DNA from: Octopus vulgaris
Lineage: Eukaryota
Assembly: GCA_951406725.2 (NCBI GenBank)
Contig: OX597816.1
Coordinates: 108,686,001-108,750,000, forward strand
DNA length: 64,000 nucleotides
Direction of reading: 5' to 3'
Both the position numbers and the translations under genes were made by a program. Numbering within the stretch: the first letter of the stretch is position 1; each line of letters starts with the position of its first letter. The notes below the pieces were generated by a model. That model saw only the letters and a program-made list of their open reading frames with translations. It made no database searches and was not told where the DNA came from. This document shows positions 26,232 to 39,532 of this stretch, in pieces.

Positions 26232-27102
26232 ACTATGGCTCGAAGCCGCTGCACTTCTCGATCCACGCGCGGAGCGCGGCTGCGGTTGCGACGACCCGAA
26301 TGTGTCGGATTCAGTCTAATATTTGCACCGCGACCAATGCGAAAAGCCGATCGTGTCGTCACGACCGGGGTCGGAGTGTGAGGAGTTACCTTGGACGGGA
26401 CGGGCGTTGCCGACGACGAGCAGCTCCTGAACAACTTTTTCCGGCGTGAGCCCGGCTGCGACCTGTGATCGCGGCTTCGTATCTTGAATATGTGTTATGC
26501 ATTTGTTATACATATCTGTACTGCTTAGAATTTCAACATGAGTTTCTCGGGAGTATATGTCTATTATACATATTGTACATATAATCAATATCCGAAATTT
26601 ATCTTGGTTGGATATCCTGGTGGCAATGTGGATGAGGAGTGATACACGAAATTTCGTAAGTTTCTCCACCTATACATTTCATTTACTTAGCCAAAATTGT
26701 TCTAACTTAGTTTATAATTCCCCTGACCATTCTTTTGATTAAAATCTAAATTCCTAATTTCTGCTTTAACGGTTAGAGCAAAACTGCCCCTATTAGATTT
26801 TCCCCTCCTTTTCTTTTTCTGTTCCTCTTTGCATCTCTTTTCCCTTGCCAACACACTCTAGGGCTCACAAAGTAGGTCTGCTAGCTGGGAGGCGATTTCT
26901 GCTATCCTACCACATTACTCCCCCACTATAAACATCATAAATATCCTCATTATTTGATTCCTGAGCAATTGTCAAGTTATCTATTTAATAGATTTTCTCA
27001 CTTTCGGTTGTTGCTGATGAAATAAATTTTTACCCATCAGACGAATTTCTGTAACAGTAGAACTGTTTCTAATGACTGACCACGAGCATACGCCAAAATA
27101 AA

Positions 27103-27336
27103 CCTATTTCTTTACTACCCACAAGGGACTTAAACACAGAGGGGACAAACAAGGACGGACAAACGGATTAAGTCGATTATATCGACCTCCCCAGTGCGTA
27201 ACTGGTACTTATTTAATCGACCCCGTAAGGTTGAAAGGCAAAGTCGAACTCGGCGGAATTTGAACTCAGAAGGTAGCGGCAGACGAAATACCAAGCATTT
27301 CGCCCGGCGTGCTAACGATTCTGCAAGCTCACCGCC
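27103..27336 (-). mobile_element. tRNA-type SINE family B, full length
   Basis: Minus strand ggcggtgagcttgcagaatcgttagcacgccgggcgaaatgc...gagttcaaattccgccgag...gactttgcctttca...gtcgattaaataagtaccag; many copies in the window. Confidence 0.85.
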
Positions 27337-27993
27337 TTTGTTGAAGGAAATATCAAGAGGAAAAAGTGCCAATAGCATAGATTTGTTTTCGACGGATCTC
27401 AACTTGCCAAGAAGTAATCCACTCTCCACAGGATTGTCCTCTGCGACACGTAAAATGAATAAATAGGTAACAGGCGACAAAAGAACAACGGGACATCACT
27501 GAACGGCTTATAGTCGCGACCGGCGCTTTCTTAATCTGTTGCTCTCCAATGCAGTCAACCATTGTCTACGTCCTGTTGCTCAGTCGTTTGGGTCTTGAAG
27601 AGTGGTTAGTCACATTCAGTCCGTTTTTTTTTTTTTTTTTTACTTTATTCTCATAAACGGCTCTAACGGGAATACTACACTCTCGACGATATTTCTCTTA
27701 GAAGTCATTGAACCACGCAAGCCACCTGTCACTCTCCTTCCCTTTCACACACACACACACATTTGTGTATATATGCATTTATGTATTTATATACGTATAA
27801 GTATTTAATCATATGCACATATACACACACTCTTTCCCTCTCTCTCACACATACAAACACACACATGCACGCATGAGCCTAAACGCAGTCTTACAAACTC
27901 ACGCTCATATTTATATGCATTCATGTATCTGTGTGTTTGTGTGTTAGTAGCTGCGTATATGACCGTGTCATATATAAGATAATAATAATAATG

Positions 27994-28044
<51 letters not shown>

Positions 28045-29207
28045 GGATCTTTTCTATTCTGAAGCCAGGACCACAGATCTTTCTACTTAACTAAATAATC
28101 TGAAACTTCGTATGCTGAGTCTAGCAAAACAAGACACAGGTTGGAACTAGTTTATTTGAGAAAAATCTATTTTATGACTTTAATCGTAGATTAAAACTGC
28201 GAATTTTAACCAATCAGATTGTTTGTTTTCATGTGTAAAACTTGACTGCATTCTATTAGTGTGACGTAGAAAGCGCTTTTGTGACGTACTAACGTTCGGA
28301 AAACTGTAAACAAACACGGCAGACGAAATACGGCTACGCATTTCGTCCGGCGTGCTAACGTTTCTGCCAGCTCTTTGCTTTTTTAATATTAAATTTCGGC
28401 GAAGTTTCGCTTGTCGTAGCACAAGTTTTCCGTCGATTTCCGTAAAAAACTTTTATTTTTTTACATAAGTAATGAGAGCGAAAGAGACTAAGAGGAAGCG
28501 ATTTTATGACGAGGGAAGTTTGTCTTTGAAGTTACCGTCTAGGGGAAGCATTGATGTACATGTGTGTGTGTGTGTGTGTTTGATGGGGTGTGGGAGACAG
28601 TATGTTGTGTAAGTGAAGTGCTTCTGTTAGTGTGTGTGAAGAGACAGAGAGAGTAATGTGTGAAAGAGAGAGATAACTGAAATTTTTTACTCGGTGTATG
28701 TGTATATGTATGTCTGCATGTATGTGTGTGTGTGTATGTATCTATGTATGTATGGCCAATTCATCGTAATTACGATTACGATGAATCGGCTATACATACA
28801 TACACACACACACATACATACACACACACACATACTTACACATACATACACACACACATACATGCAGACATACAGAATGGAAACATTTTCAATTTAATAC
28901 ATGTGGCTTATTAACTAGTTTTAAATATTGTTATTAGAAGGTGGCTGACTTGTTTACGATTAAGATGTTAAATACGTCACGAAATTGGTGGTCGAGACGG
29001 AGTAAATAAAATAAAGCCGATTGACGGAATATCATTGGTTAAAATTCTAATTATTAAACAACGTTAAACTTAGAAGTTACTATTCCGTTTTCATTCTGGT
29101 TTACAATTAAGTTTACTTTTGACACATTCTACCAGTATACGAAGTTTCAAATTGTTTGGTTCAGTAGGAAAAATTTGAAAAAACTGGCCTCAAAATAGAA
29201 AAGATCC
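28045..29207. mobile_element. GGATC-terminated MITE inserted in a (TAA)n tract
   Basis: ggatcttttctattctgaagccag ... ctggcctcaaaatagaaaagatcc; flanked on both sides by taataata. Confidence 0.75.
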
Positions 29208-30049
29208 TAATAATAATAATAATAATAATAATATGTCGTACACTGTTCTATATTTCTAATCAGGCGACCATTACATTTTTCTGCGATGATAGTTTGATGA
29301 CTAAGAAACGGTTTTAGCTGTAACCTACTTGTTCTTCGCTGTTATTGGTGCTAGGACAACCGGCAACAAAGATGTTGACGACAAATAAAGTCTTCAAATG
29401 AATACACACACCACCTCCTCCTCTTAACCGAAACTTCCGTTACTATTTCGCAGACCGTCATTCCTAAAAGAGGTGCTTTTTTTTTTCACCTCTTTCCTTC
29501 TGTTCTGTTGTGGGCGTCATAACTCAGTTATTGAGTCGGTCGAGTAAAGGAAACTTCAGTGAGTTTTAGTCGCTCGAGTTTTAAAAAAAAACACACCATT
29601 TCTTAAATAAGAAAAGAACTTGAATTTTTATGTTTGGTTGCACTTTTTGAAATCTTAATTTTAAGTGAAAATTTTAAAATTTCGTGTATTGATGTAATTT
29701 TCCACGCTAAATCTCAGGGCCCTAATTCACTTGTTCCAGAATTTTTTTTTTTCAAGTTACAGACGTTTAAATTTTGATAATTTTTTTACCCAATCAGAAA
29801 ATAAGATTTGAAAACAGTCATTTTGTGCGTGACTACAATCGTAAGGCGACAAAACAATAATGTCTACATTGTGACGATAGCATGTGCTTTAAGCATTAAA
29901 TGAGTGAAAATTTACCAAAAAACGAGTACGCAATACATATTTTGTAGTTTTACGCATTCGATACGCATCTAAATACGAAAAAAAAAAACCGAGTGAACAA
30001 CATACTTTGTGGCTTTAAGAGCAAAAAAGAACTAACTAAATAAGTTAAA

Positions 30050-30783
30050 GGATCCTTTCCTTTTGAACGGCACATGTCAACACAATTTCTAGTTAACTAA
30101 ACCCTTTTAAACTTCGTATACTGGTAGAATGTGTCAAAATAAAACATTTTTTTCTCTTGGCTTTCTTGAGAAAATTGTAATTTGTTTGTTTAACGTAGTT
30201 TAATTTTTCGACTTTTTACCCAATCCTATGCCCTCTATTTAGCTAAAATCATTTGCTGCGTCTAAAACAGACAACATCCTGTCACTAACCCTAACCCTAA
30301 ATTTTAGCCTTTCGTTTTTTCTTTCTTAATTGTTAAATTAATTTAAGGATAACAATTAAGAAAAAAAAACGAAAGGCTAAAACGAAAGCAAATGGAATAT
30401 AATTTTAATTTAACAATTAAGAAAAAAAAAACGAAAGCAAAAACTCAAAACAAAAACAAAACGAATAATTTTAGACACACACGTAACAATTAAATTAATT
30501 TAACAATTAAGAAAAAAAACGAAAGGCTAAAATTTAGGGTTAGGGTTAGTGACAGGATGTTGTCTCAGTTTTAGACGCAGCAAATGGTTTTAGCTCAATA
30601 GAGGCCATCGATTGGTTAAAATTCGAAAAATTAAACTACGTTAAACTTACAAATTACAATTTTCTCAAGAAAGCCAAGAGAAAAAATGTTTTATTTTGAT
30701 ACATTCGACCAGTATACGAAGTTTAAAAGTGTTTAGTTAACTAGAAATTGTGTTGAAAACTGCTGTTCAAAAGGAAAAGATCC
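30050..30783. mobile_element. GGATC-terminated foldback element, ~295-bp inverted arms with TTAGGG tracts
   Basis: 30050-~30345 is the reverse complement of ~30490-30783; flanks aagttaaa / aaattaaa (8-bp TSD, 1 mismatch). Confidence 0.85.
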
Positions 30784-32507
30784 AAATTAAATATTTCGCA
30801 AACACGTTTTTCATAAACACACGTGTTTTATACAGGAGAGTTCCCAATGCTTTGTTTGTTACTATGGAAACAGGCACCTATATGTCTGTGGCTTTCGATT
30901 GCAAACTTTAAAAGCTATTAACTGTTTATTTATTGATTTGTGGCGAAAATGAATTCCATGTCAATAATAAGCATACAAAATTACATCAGTACACCAAATT
31001 TGAAATCAATTGGAAGAAAATTGAAGAAATTAAAAAGTGGAAGTCAAATAGAAAAGATCCGAATATTTTAGGTCGTTCCCCAAAAAATATAGTGCATCAA
31101 ACAACGCCATTTCTCCGGATCTCGAGGCTTTAAGAAACTCACATAATAATTCTGAAATTAGAATTCGTAATTTTCGATTCTTAAAATATACACATCGAAG
31201 AAATTACGGTTTTCGGCGCACTAGATAATTTCTTACTCTATTCTCTAGGAACACCTTCTTTAGCAAGTATAGACGTAGATATAATATTTGTAAAAAATAT
31301 AAAAAGAAAAGAATGGATGGCCATCGATGGAAGAAGTTTGATCATAGGCCCACTCGGCTTGTTAGAAAATTGTTACTAAATGTCCTTCCATATCACGGCG
31401 TGCTTAGATACATGAGTTTCTGCGTCCTTGATTGATACAATTGATTCTACAAAAGTTCACACACACACACACACACACACAGAGCTTGTCTACTTCCTGA
31501 ACAAAGCAGAACTGATCATACTTTGTTATTGCTGTTTTCTAACCCCCGACCAACCCTGAACGAACAAACTTATTGTCAAAAGTTATATAACTATGAGTAT
31601 CTTGTTCTGTTTTTTTTTTTTCCAGATACAGTGTATCTTAGATTGCCTCGTGCAGTGTGTCCACTTTCTTTCATTTTGTTACTAAGATGCTAATGTATGA
31701 TTTGAAAGAAATTTTGTTGCGCTTTCCAGCAAGCTCGGCGACCACACAGAATCTTTGCCGTAGGGCTATAGTCATAGTAGTCGTATGTACTTGCTTTTAT
31801 TGTTAACTCTAGGTCAAATCCAGTCGAACAGATCAAAAACGTCTCTAAGGCAGCAATCTCATTTTATTCGTAAAACAGGAGAATCGGAAGAACTAGTGAT
31901 ATTCTGTGTTAGTAGAAAAAAAAAAAAGTAAAAGTACAAATAACTCAAACAGTGGGTTTTTTTTTCTGTTTGGCAGCACCTGTAGAAATTTTAAAATTTG
32001 GTGTAATGATGTAATTTTCCAAGCTGAATCTCAAGAGATATTTCACTTTTTCCAGAAATTTAAAGTTTAAAGAGGTTTAAAATTTAATAATTTTCAACAA
32101 GTAAGGAAACAAATAAGGAAGCTGTGATTTTGTGCGTGACAGCACGTGATGTCAACTGTCAACAAAAAAAAAAAAACAGTGAAAAATGTTTTATGCCGCA
32201 AAGAAATGGATAAGTTTCACGTTTCGGACGCTTATCCTTCGTCGGAGAGACAAGGGGAAAGAGATAAAAATATAGATTGTACCACTAAACCACAAAATTG
32301 CAGATGAGAAAAGGGAAAAAGTGGAAAGTGAAGGAAACCAGTGAATGCCTAATTTGGGAAATAGAGTATGCAGTGTGGATGTACAGTACGGGCGGGATAA
32401 AATATGAATAAGGAGTAGTCAAAGTAGTAATAAAGTATAGCTCAGTTGAAATGGTGAGTACTGGCTGGGTGGAATAAGCTACCAGAAATAGACAGAACAA
32501 TAGATTA

Positions 32508-32715
32508 ATCCTTTCTACTATAGGTACAAGGCCTGAAATTTGGGGGAGTGGGATAATCGATTACATCGATCCCAGTGTTTTACTGGCACTTATCGACCCC
32601 GAAAGGATGAAAGACAAAGTCGACCTCGGCGGAATTTGAACTCACAACTTTGCAACAGGCGAAATACCACTAAGCATTTTGTCCAGCATGCAAACGATTC
32701 TGCCAGTTCGCCGCC
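32508..32715 (-). mobile_element. SINE family B copy
   Basis: Homologous to 27103-27336. Confidence 0.82.
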
Positions 32716-33039
32716 TTAGAATAATAGATTAATAACAACTTCAGAATAGTCTACCTAAGAATACATTAACTAATCTGTCTTCCATTTTTTATATCAGAGT
32801 GTAATTGAGAAACACTTGATCACTATTTTTAGTGGATCGATCTATTACTAAAACTCATGAAGTGTTGTGTTTTTTTTTGTCGTTCAATCCAAGGTCAGCC
32901 CTGGTCGAGCACACTAATGATGAAAGGACATAACTACCTCATATTGTTGAAATTCATGCTGCATTCAACAGTGAACAGTTTTTAAAAATAGTAAGTTGTT
33001 ATTTAAGGGGGATTTGGTTGATATTTCTGGAAAGAAGTA

Positions 33040-33408
33040 GGTGCAGGCATAACTGTGTGGTAAGAGACATGCTTCCCAACCACATAGATCCGGGCTCAGC
33101 CAAACTGCGTAACACCTTGTGAGAGGATTTGGTAGGCGGAAGTTGAAAGAAGCCCGTTGAGTGTGTGTGTGTGTGTGTGTGTGTTTGAGAGGGAGAGAGT
33201 TCGTGCCTGTGTTTATCATCCACCACTGCTTGACAACCGTTATTAGTGTGTTTACATCCCCGTAACTTGGCGGTTCGGCAAAAGAGTCCAAGATATAAGT
33301 CAAACTTTAAAAAATATATGTTTTAGGGTAGATTCATTCGACAAAAAACTCTTCAAGACGGTACTCCTGCATGGCCGCAGTTTAATGACTGAAACAAATA
33401 AAAGGTAA
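33040..33408 (+). mobile_element. SINE family A copy (further tail fragments at ~33802-33970 + and ~34251-34455 -)
   Basis: Head and tail homology to family A. Confidence 0.75.
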
Positions 33409-34475
33409 AATATAGACAAGCAACCACGTATATACAGGCTCCTTTTTTGGCTCCCTATTCTTACCAATAATGTAATGATGATGATGGTGGTGGCGGTGGT
33501 GATGGCCTTGATGGTGATGATGATGACTTTCAACTCCAGGGTTCACTGATTTCTTTTATCTACGGTCGACAGATCAATTGCTGGTATGAACACTGTATTT
33601 AATGCATTTTTCATATATATATATATATATATATGATCACGTGACCGACCAGACCATCAGATGTTGTTACACATCGCTGGTCACAATGCGTTCGCATTGT
33701 TTTAGCCTTCGAATGACGCTGGCTAAGCGAGCAGGCCAACAGAAGAAAGAGTGGGAGAAAGAGTGGTGAAAGAGTACAGCAGGGATTTCCCCCCCCCCCC
33801 TATGCTGGTGTGTTTACGTCCCTGTCACTTAGCGGTTCGGCAAAAAGAGACCGATAGAATAAGTACTGGGCTTACAAAGAATAAGTCCCGGGGTCGAATT
33901 GCTCGACTAAAGGTGGTGCTCCAGCATGGCCGCAGTCAAATGACTGAAACAAGTAAAAGAGTAAAAGAGTATATATAATATATATATATATACATACGAA
34001 GGGAGGGTTCTTACGAACTAACCCTGAAATCGGTCCGATATGGTAATAATGGAATGTTTTAGAAATTTCTGTCGACCTTTTTTGAGTAGCGTGCATATTG
34101 TGAAAAAATTATAATGGTTATGGACAATGTGTCTAATTTGGCATTAGAAATTTATAAATTTAACCTTTAAAGGTATTTTTAATATGCTGGCCATTGATAA
34201 AATTTTTTTCGAAAAAAATTTTTATCCTACATTAAATATATATATATATAATCTTTTACTTGTTTTAAGTCATTACACTGCGGCCATACTGGGGCACCGC
34301 CTTGAACAATTTTTTTAGTCGAATGAATCGTCCTAGGACTTATTTTTTCGTTAAACCTGTTACTTATGCCATGGTCTCTTTTGCCGAACCGCTCAGTTAC
34401 GGGGACGTAAACACGCTAACACCGGTTGTCAAGCAGTGACTGGGCAAGGGAGACAAACACACACACACACACACA

Positions 34476-34670
34476 CGAGGGGTGCTGAAAAGTTCCTGAC
34501 TTTATGGCTATCGCAAAAAAGAGTGGTTGGAGGTCTAAACCTTCCGAGTTCTTTTACAAAGTTTAGGAAAATAAAGGACCACTGCAATAAGTGTGTGAAT
34601 CTGAGAGGGGAATATGTTGAGAAAAAATCATAACTGGTCCTCCTGCCAAGACCTTTGCAGCACCCCTTTG
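34476..34670 (+). mobile_element. Mariner-derived MITE
   Basis: Imperfect TIRs cgaggggtgctgaaaagttc / gacctttgcagcacccctttg; encodes the mariner C-terminal motif KCVNLRGEYVEK. Confidence 0.7.
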
Positions 34671-35702
34671 TCTGTGTGTATATACTTATATATGGTATGT
34701 GTTTGTGTTTAAGTGTATAGCAGTGTTACGGGTTTTTGCTTTTCAGTGCGTGTGCGTGACTGTGTGTGTACAAATTTTTTTTAACAAAGAAAAATACTTT
34801 GAATGGGATGTTATATGAATGAAGAAATGGAGTATTATTAGCTCTCCTCTTTTTTTTCCCTCTCGAAACACATGCATACACATTTACACACACACTCACA
34901 CATACACAGTCACGCACTACACACTCATTTATACAAATGGCTGCGGACGCATTCAAATGCTACTACAATACGCCTTTCATGTATCATTGTTCTTTAATGA
35001 ATAGGCTTACAATTGTCACTTTACGCCGTTAGAATGCTGCCGGCATTTATGTAGAATACTACAAATTTATACATGTGCGTATTTGTGTGTATGTGTATTT
35101 ATGCCCGTATGTGTGCTTATATATATCATAAAAAATGGGTTCCAGACTTTTTTTGTATGCCTTGGTTGCTGGGCATATATTTGGACAGTTGTCCTGCTGA
35201 TGATGCCTATTAAGGCAGAAATACACGTTGGCGACTGTTCTCTTATCTCCAGACAATAGGCATGTTCTTTCCGTTAATGGCACGTCAGCTTTGAAGAAAT
35301 CTTTTTTTTGTTTTCTTTTGTTTCTAAGTGAAACGAAATACTCTTAAAAAAGATACACGAAACGTGACAGCAACAGCTGAAAACGTAAAAGTATTACAAT
35401 TGAAGTCGGAAAATATATTATAAGAATGTGTATGCAATGAGAAATAATTTCAGGTGATGTGTATTTGCGTCTGTGCATAAACTATTCTGCGGGATTGCGT
35501 CCGGTTTCAGATAATTTCAAACATTAGTACTCATGTGCTAAGGAAAGTCAAAACAGATACATTCTTTTAAAGTATGTAGCACATTACTCTCTCTGTCTCT
35601 GCTTCACTCTCTCTCCCTCTCTTTCCATCTTTCTCTTTATATATACGAAGTGATATCAAAAGTTCCTGGACTAGTCTTGTTTAATAAAAAAAAAAACCAA
35701 CT

Positions 35703-36090
35703 TATTTACTCTTTTACTTGTTTCAGTCATTTGGCTGAGGCCATACTGGAGCACCGTCTCTAGTCGAACAAATCGACCCCAGGACTTATTCTTTGTTAGC
35801 CTAGTACTTATTCTATCGGTCTCTTTTTGCCGAGCCGCTAAGTTAACACACCAGCATCGGTTGTCAAGCGATGTTGGGGCGGGGGACAAACACAGGCATA
35901 CAAACACACACACACACATATATACATATACATATATACGACAGGCTTCTTTCAGTTTCCGTCTACCAAATCCACTCACAAGGCTTTGGTCGGCCCGAGG
36001 CTATAGTAGAAGACACTTGCCCAAGGTGCCATGCAGTGGGACTGAACCCGGAACAATGTGGCTGGTAAGCAAGCTACATACCACACAGCC
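35703..36090 (-). mobile_element. SINE family A copy nested in the mariner
   Basis: Reverse-complement match to family A. Confidence 0.85.
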
Positions 36091-36577
36091 GTTTTAACAT
36101 CATCTCCTTCGAAATAATCACCCTGCGCAGTAATACACTGGTCTCAGCGTTCCTGTCACTTTTGGAATCCGCCCTGGAAGTCGTCTTCGGTAAGCGAATC
36201 GAGAACCTTCAGCTATTCGCTCTGGATCTCGACAACGGTGTTTAAAGGGTGAACTTTGAGCTGCATTTTCATCTTGAGGAAGAGATGGAAGTCTGCAGTT
36301 GCTAAATCGGGCGAATAGGACGGGGGCAGAAATGATACTATGTTGTTTTTGGCGAGAAACTCACGAGTAAGGAGAGATCGGTGAAGAATCCAATTCTTCG
36401 CGCCCCACACATCCGGTCGCATTCGCTGAATGTCCCCATTCAAACGCTTCAAAACGTCGCAGTAGAACTTCGAGGGACATTCTTCCGCTTTTGAAGCGCC
36501 CGTGTCACTCGAAACATTGCGTACGACCCACTGCCTCGTCACTGTAAGCTTACCGAACCATCCTCAATGTCTTTGTA

Positions 36578-36992
36578 GTGGCACCTTGGGCAAGTGTCTT
36601 CTACTATAGCCTCGGGCCGACCAAAGCCTTGTGAGTGGATTTGGTAGACGGAAATTGAAAGAAGCATGCATGCATGTATGTATGTATGTATGTATGTATG
36701 TATGTATGTATGTATGTATGTATGTATGTATGTATGTATGTATGTATGTATGTATGTATGTATGTATGTATGTGCGTGTGTATATGTTTATGCGTCTGTG
36801 TTTGTCCCCACAACATCGCTTGACAACTGATGCTGGTGTGTTTACGTCCCCGTAACTTAGAGGTTCGGCAAAAGAGACCGATAGAATAAGTACTAGGCTT
36901 ACAAAGAATAAGTCATGGGGTCGATTTGCTCGACTAAAGGCGGTGCTCCAGCATGGTCACAGTCAAATGACTGAAATAAGTAAAAGAGTAAA
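36578..36992 (+). mobile_element. 5'-truncated SINE family A copy with (TATG)n, nested in the mariner
   Basis: Core caccttgggcaagtgtctt through to the tail. Confidence 0.85.
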
Positions 36993-37475
36993 GAGAGAGT
37001 TCAACGCAAAATTTCACGCTAGCTCTTTGTTCTGTCCATGACAAAATTGCGGACTACAGCCCACACATGATCACAAAAATCAAAAACGTCACAACTTGCG
37101 AAGTAAACACAGCGATATCACTCGGCACGCTGCCTCATGAAGGTCACTGCTATCTCTCACTGTGCACGCAACCTTGTGTTGCCATCTGTTGGTGCGCTAC
37201 AGAGCTTGTCCGGGAACTTTTTGATATCACCTCGTAGCTGAGTGCCTTAATATTCCCCTTCTCACTTGTTCAAAGTTTGATCATGTTCAGAATTTTCAGG
37301 CAATCAGAAAATAGCGCGTTCGTTTCCTCTGCCATCATCTATCACAGTAGCGAGGATTGATTTGGGTAGGGGTGGGGGGCGCGTCTTGTCAAAATAGAAT
37401 TCCTACTATTATGGTGGTGGTGGTTACACTCTTTGGTTACTATGGAAACAGAGTTCTTCGCTAACTATGCTAACA

Positions 37476-38832
37476 GAACTTCAGTGACATGTAAAATACT
37501 CGCTTCTGATTGGCTAAAATACCCAAATGTTGCAAACTTTAAAGGCTAATATCTTTTTAATTATAAATTTATAGGGAAAATGGTTTTCATTTTTCATAAT
37601 TATTATACAAAACTTAATCATTATACCAAATTTGAAAACAATTGGAACAAAATTGAAGACAGTGACTCAAACCACAAAGAACCAAATAAAAAAAATTCGT
37701 TTTCATCGTGAAATTTTTGATGAAGGGAAGGGGGTAAGAAGTTTTTTTTAAAATATGAATTACAAATCTGTTATAGCGACGTGCATTCTGTATATCTTAA
37801 CATGGATAAACTGTAGAAAGACACAAAACTGCAGTACTGGTCTCGAGAAAGTTTCTCGTGGACTAAAAATCATAGAAGTGTATAAGTAGCAGTCGAAAAG
37901 TATCCAGCAGTGATAATGGAATTGATAAATCCTGATTTCTCACCAGCTATTTGCGATACCAGTGATTTGTTAATCACAGTTTTTCTATACCAACTGAAAT
38001 GAAATTTGTCTTAGCATGTTTTAGAAGAAGGATCGAGCTGTTGGACACTTTTCTATATGTAATATCAACCCTAAGTAAGATATATAGAATGTTATTTGGA
38101 ATTACAAATGTTTCGAAATGTGAAATGCAATAAAATTTTTTAATTTTTTTATTTATCTAGTTTCAGCTCACAAGCTGTGGCCATGCTGGGGCACCGCCAT
38201 TTGATTAAAATGATTAAAAATAAAAACGAAACGAGACAATAAATAAAAAAATATTGTAGTGGTGGCTGCTGTTCCAAAGGTATGATGGAATGGGAAGAAA
38301 AACAGATATCTAAAATACAAAAACTTAAAAAATATTTTAATTTATATTTTTTGCGACGTCTTGTGAAGGCACAAGGAGGGGGAGTGATGGGGGATGACAT
38401 CCTGGATTTATGGATTAAGTGGGGGTTTTTTCCCCTCCAGTTTTTAGAAAAGGCTTTCCTCTTTATTCTGAAATGCGTGATGCAAAAAACAAAAAAGGAC
38501 AAATTTGAAAAATCCCCGCCAAAATGGAGAAATTCCAACCTATGTGGGAGGGGGTATTTAAAAAAAAAAACTTCTTACCCCCTCCCCTTCATCAAAAATT
38601 TCACGATGAAAACGAATTTTTTTGTTTGGATCTTTGTGGTTTGAGTCACTGTCTTCAATTTTGTTCCAATTGTTTTCAAATTTGGTATAATGATTAAGTT
38701 TTGTATAATAATTATGAAAAATGAAAACCATTTTCCCTATAAATTTATAATTAAAAAGATAGCCTTTAAAGTTTGCAAAATTTGGGTATTTTAGCCAATC
38801 AGAAGCGAGTATTTTACATGTCACTGAAGTTC
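37476..38832. repeat. Inverted duplication (~280-bp arms, ~800-bp spacer)
   Basis: 37476-37755 is the reverse complement of 38555-38832 with few mismatches. Confidence 0.9.
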
Positions 38833-39532
38833 CATACGTCCGCTCCCTCCCCAACACACACACCCACACGATGGGTTTTCACAATCTACCAAATTCGCTT
38901 GTAACTCTTTGGTCTGACCATGGCTATAGTAGAAAATACTTGCCCAAGATGCTGCCTCACAACGAACTTCTGAACTATACAGTCATGACTGCGCCTACAT
39001 ATAAATTCTTTCCCGGTCGCCAAACAGAATGTGATTAGCAGCTTGCTGACAAAATGAAAGCCAAGAAGCTCAAGAATCACCAAAAAAATTCTTAACTGAA
39101 ATTATTTCGATTAAAAGTGTTCTACGTACAGCGTATAGTACATCATATCTTAATTTTCTTCAGTAGTCAGGTTGTGACCGATAAAAATAATTTTTTTTTC
39201 TTTAAAAGAAACATGGCGACTTGCGATTCAGATTTGTCCCCGTGACCGCATTGCTGAAAGGTCAATCGGACATATCGACTTAGGTGTCTCGACGGTTTAT
39301 ATTTGATGGTTGTTTTTGTTATTGTTGTTGCTGATGCCTTACGATGGTCATTCCCACTACCTATCTGACTTGCCCCTTCCTTTGTCACGTCAGTACAGAG
39401 CAGACAATAGATAAAGACAAAGGAAGTTTGTTGCTACTGTTGTGACCATCCCGTCTTCCTTTCCTTTTCTTTTTACGTATTCATCAGAGATTCAATTGTT
39501 CAATGAAGGACATGATTTGTAGGAGATTTGGT

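Larger units (their letters stand above)
35646..37234 (-). mobile_element. Internally deleted mariner element interrupted by two SINEs
   Basis: TA|cgaagtgatatcaaaagttcc ... ggaactttttgatatcacctcg|TA TIRs; transposase relic WILH...PPSYSPDLATADFHLF (ORF 36213..36542). Confidence 0.88.

Noticed and set aside
30286-30550. TTAGGG repeats as a telomere or fusion site
   Set aside because: Only 2-3 units, embedded symmetrically in transposon arms.
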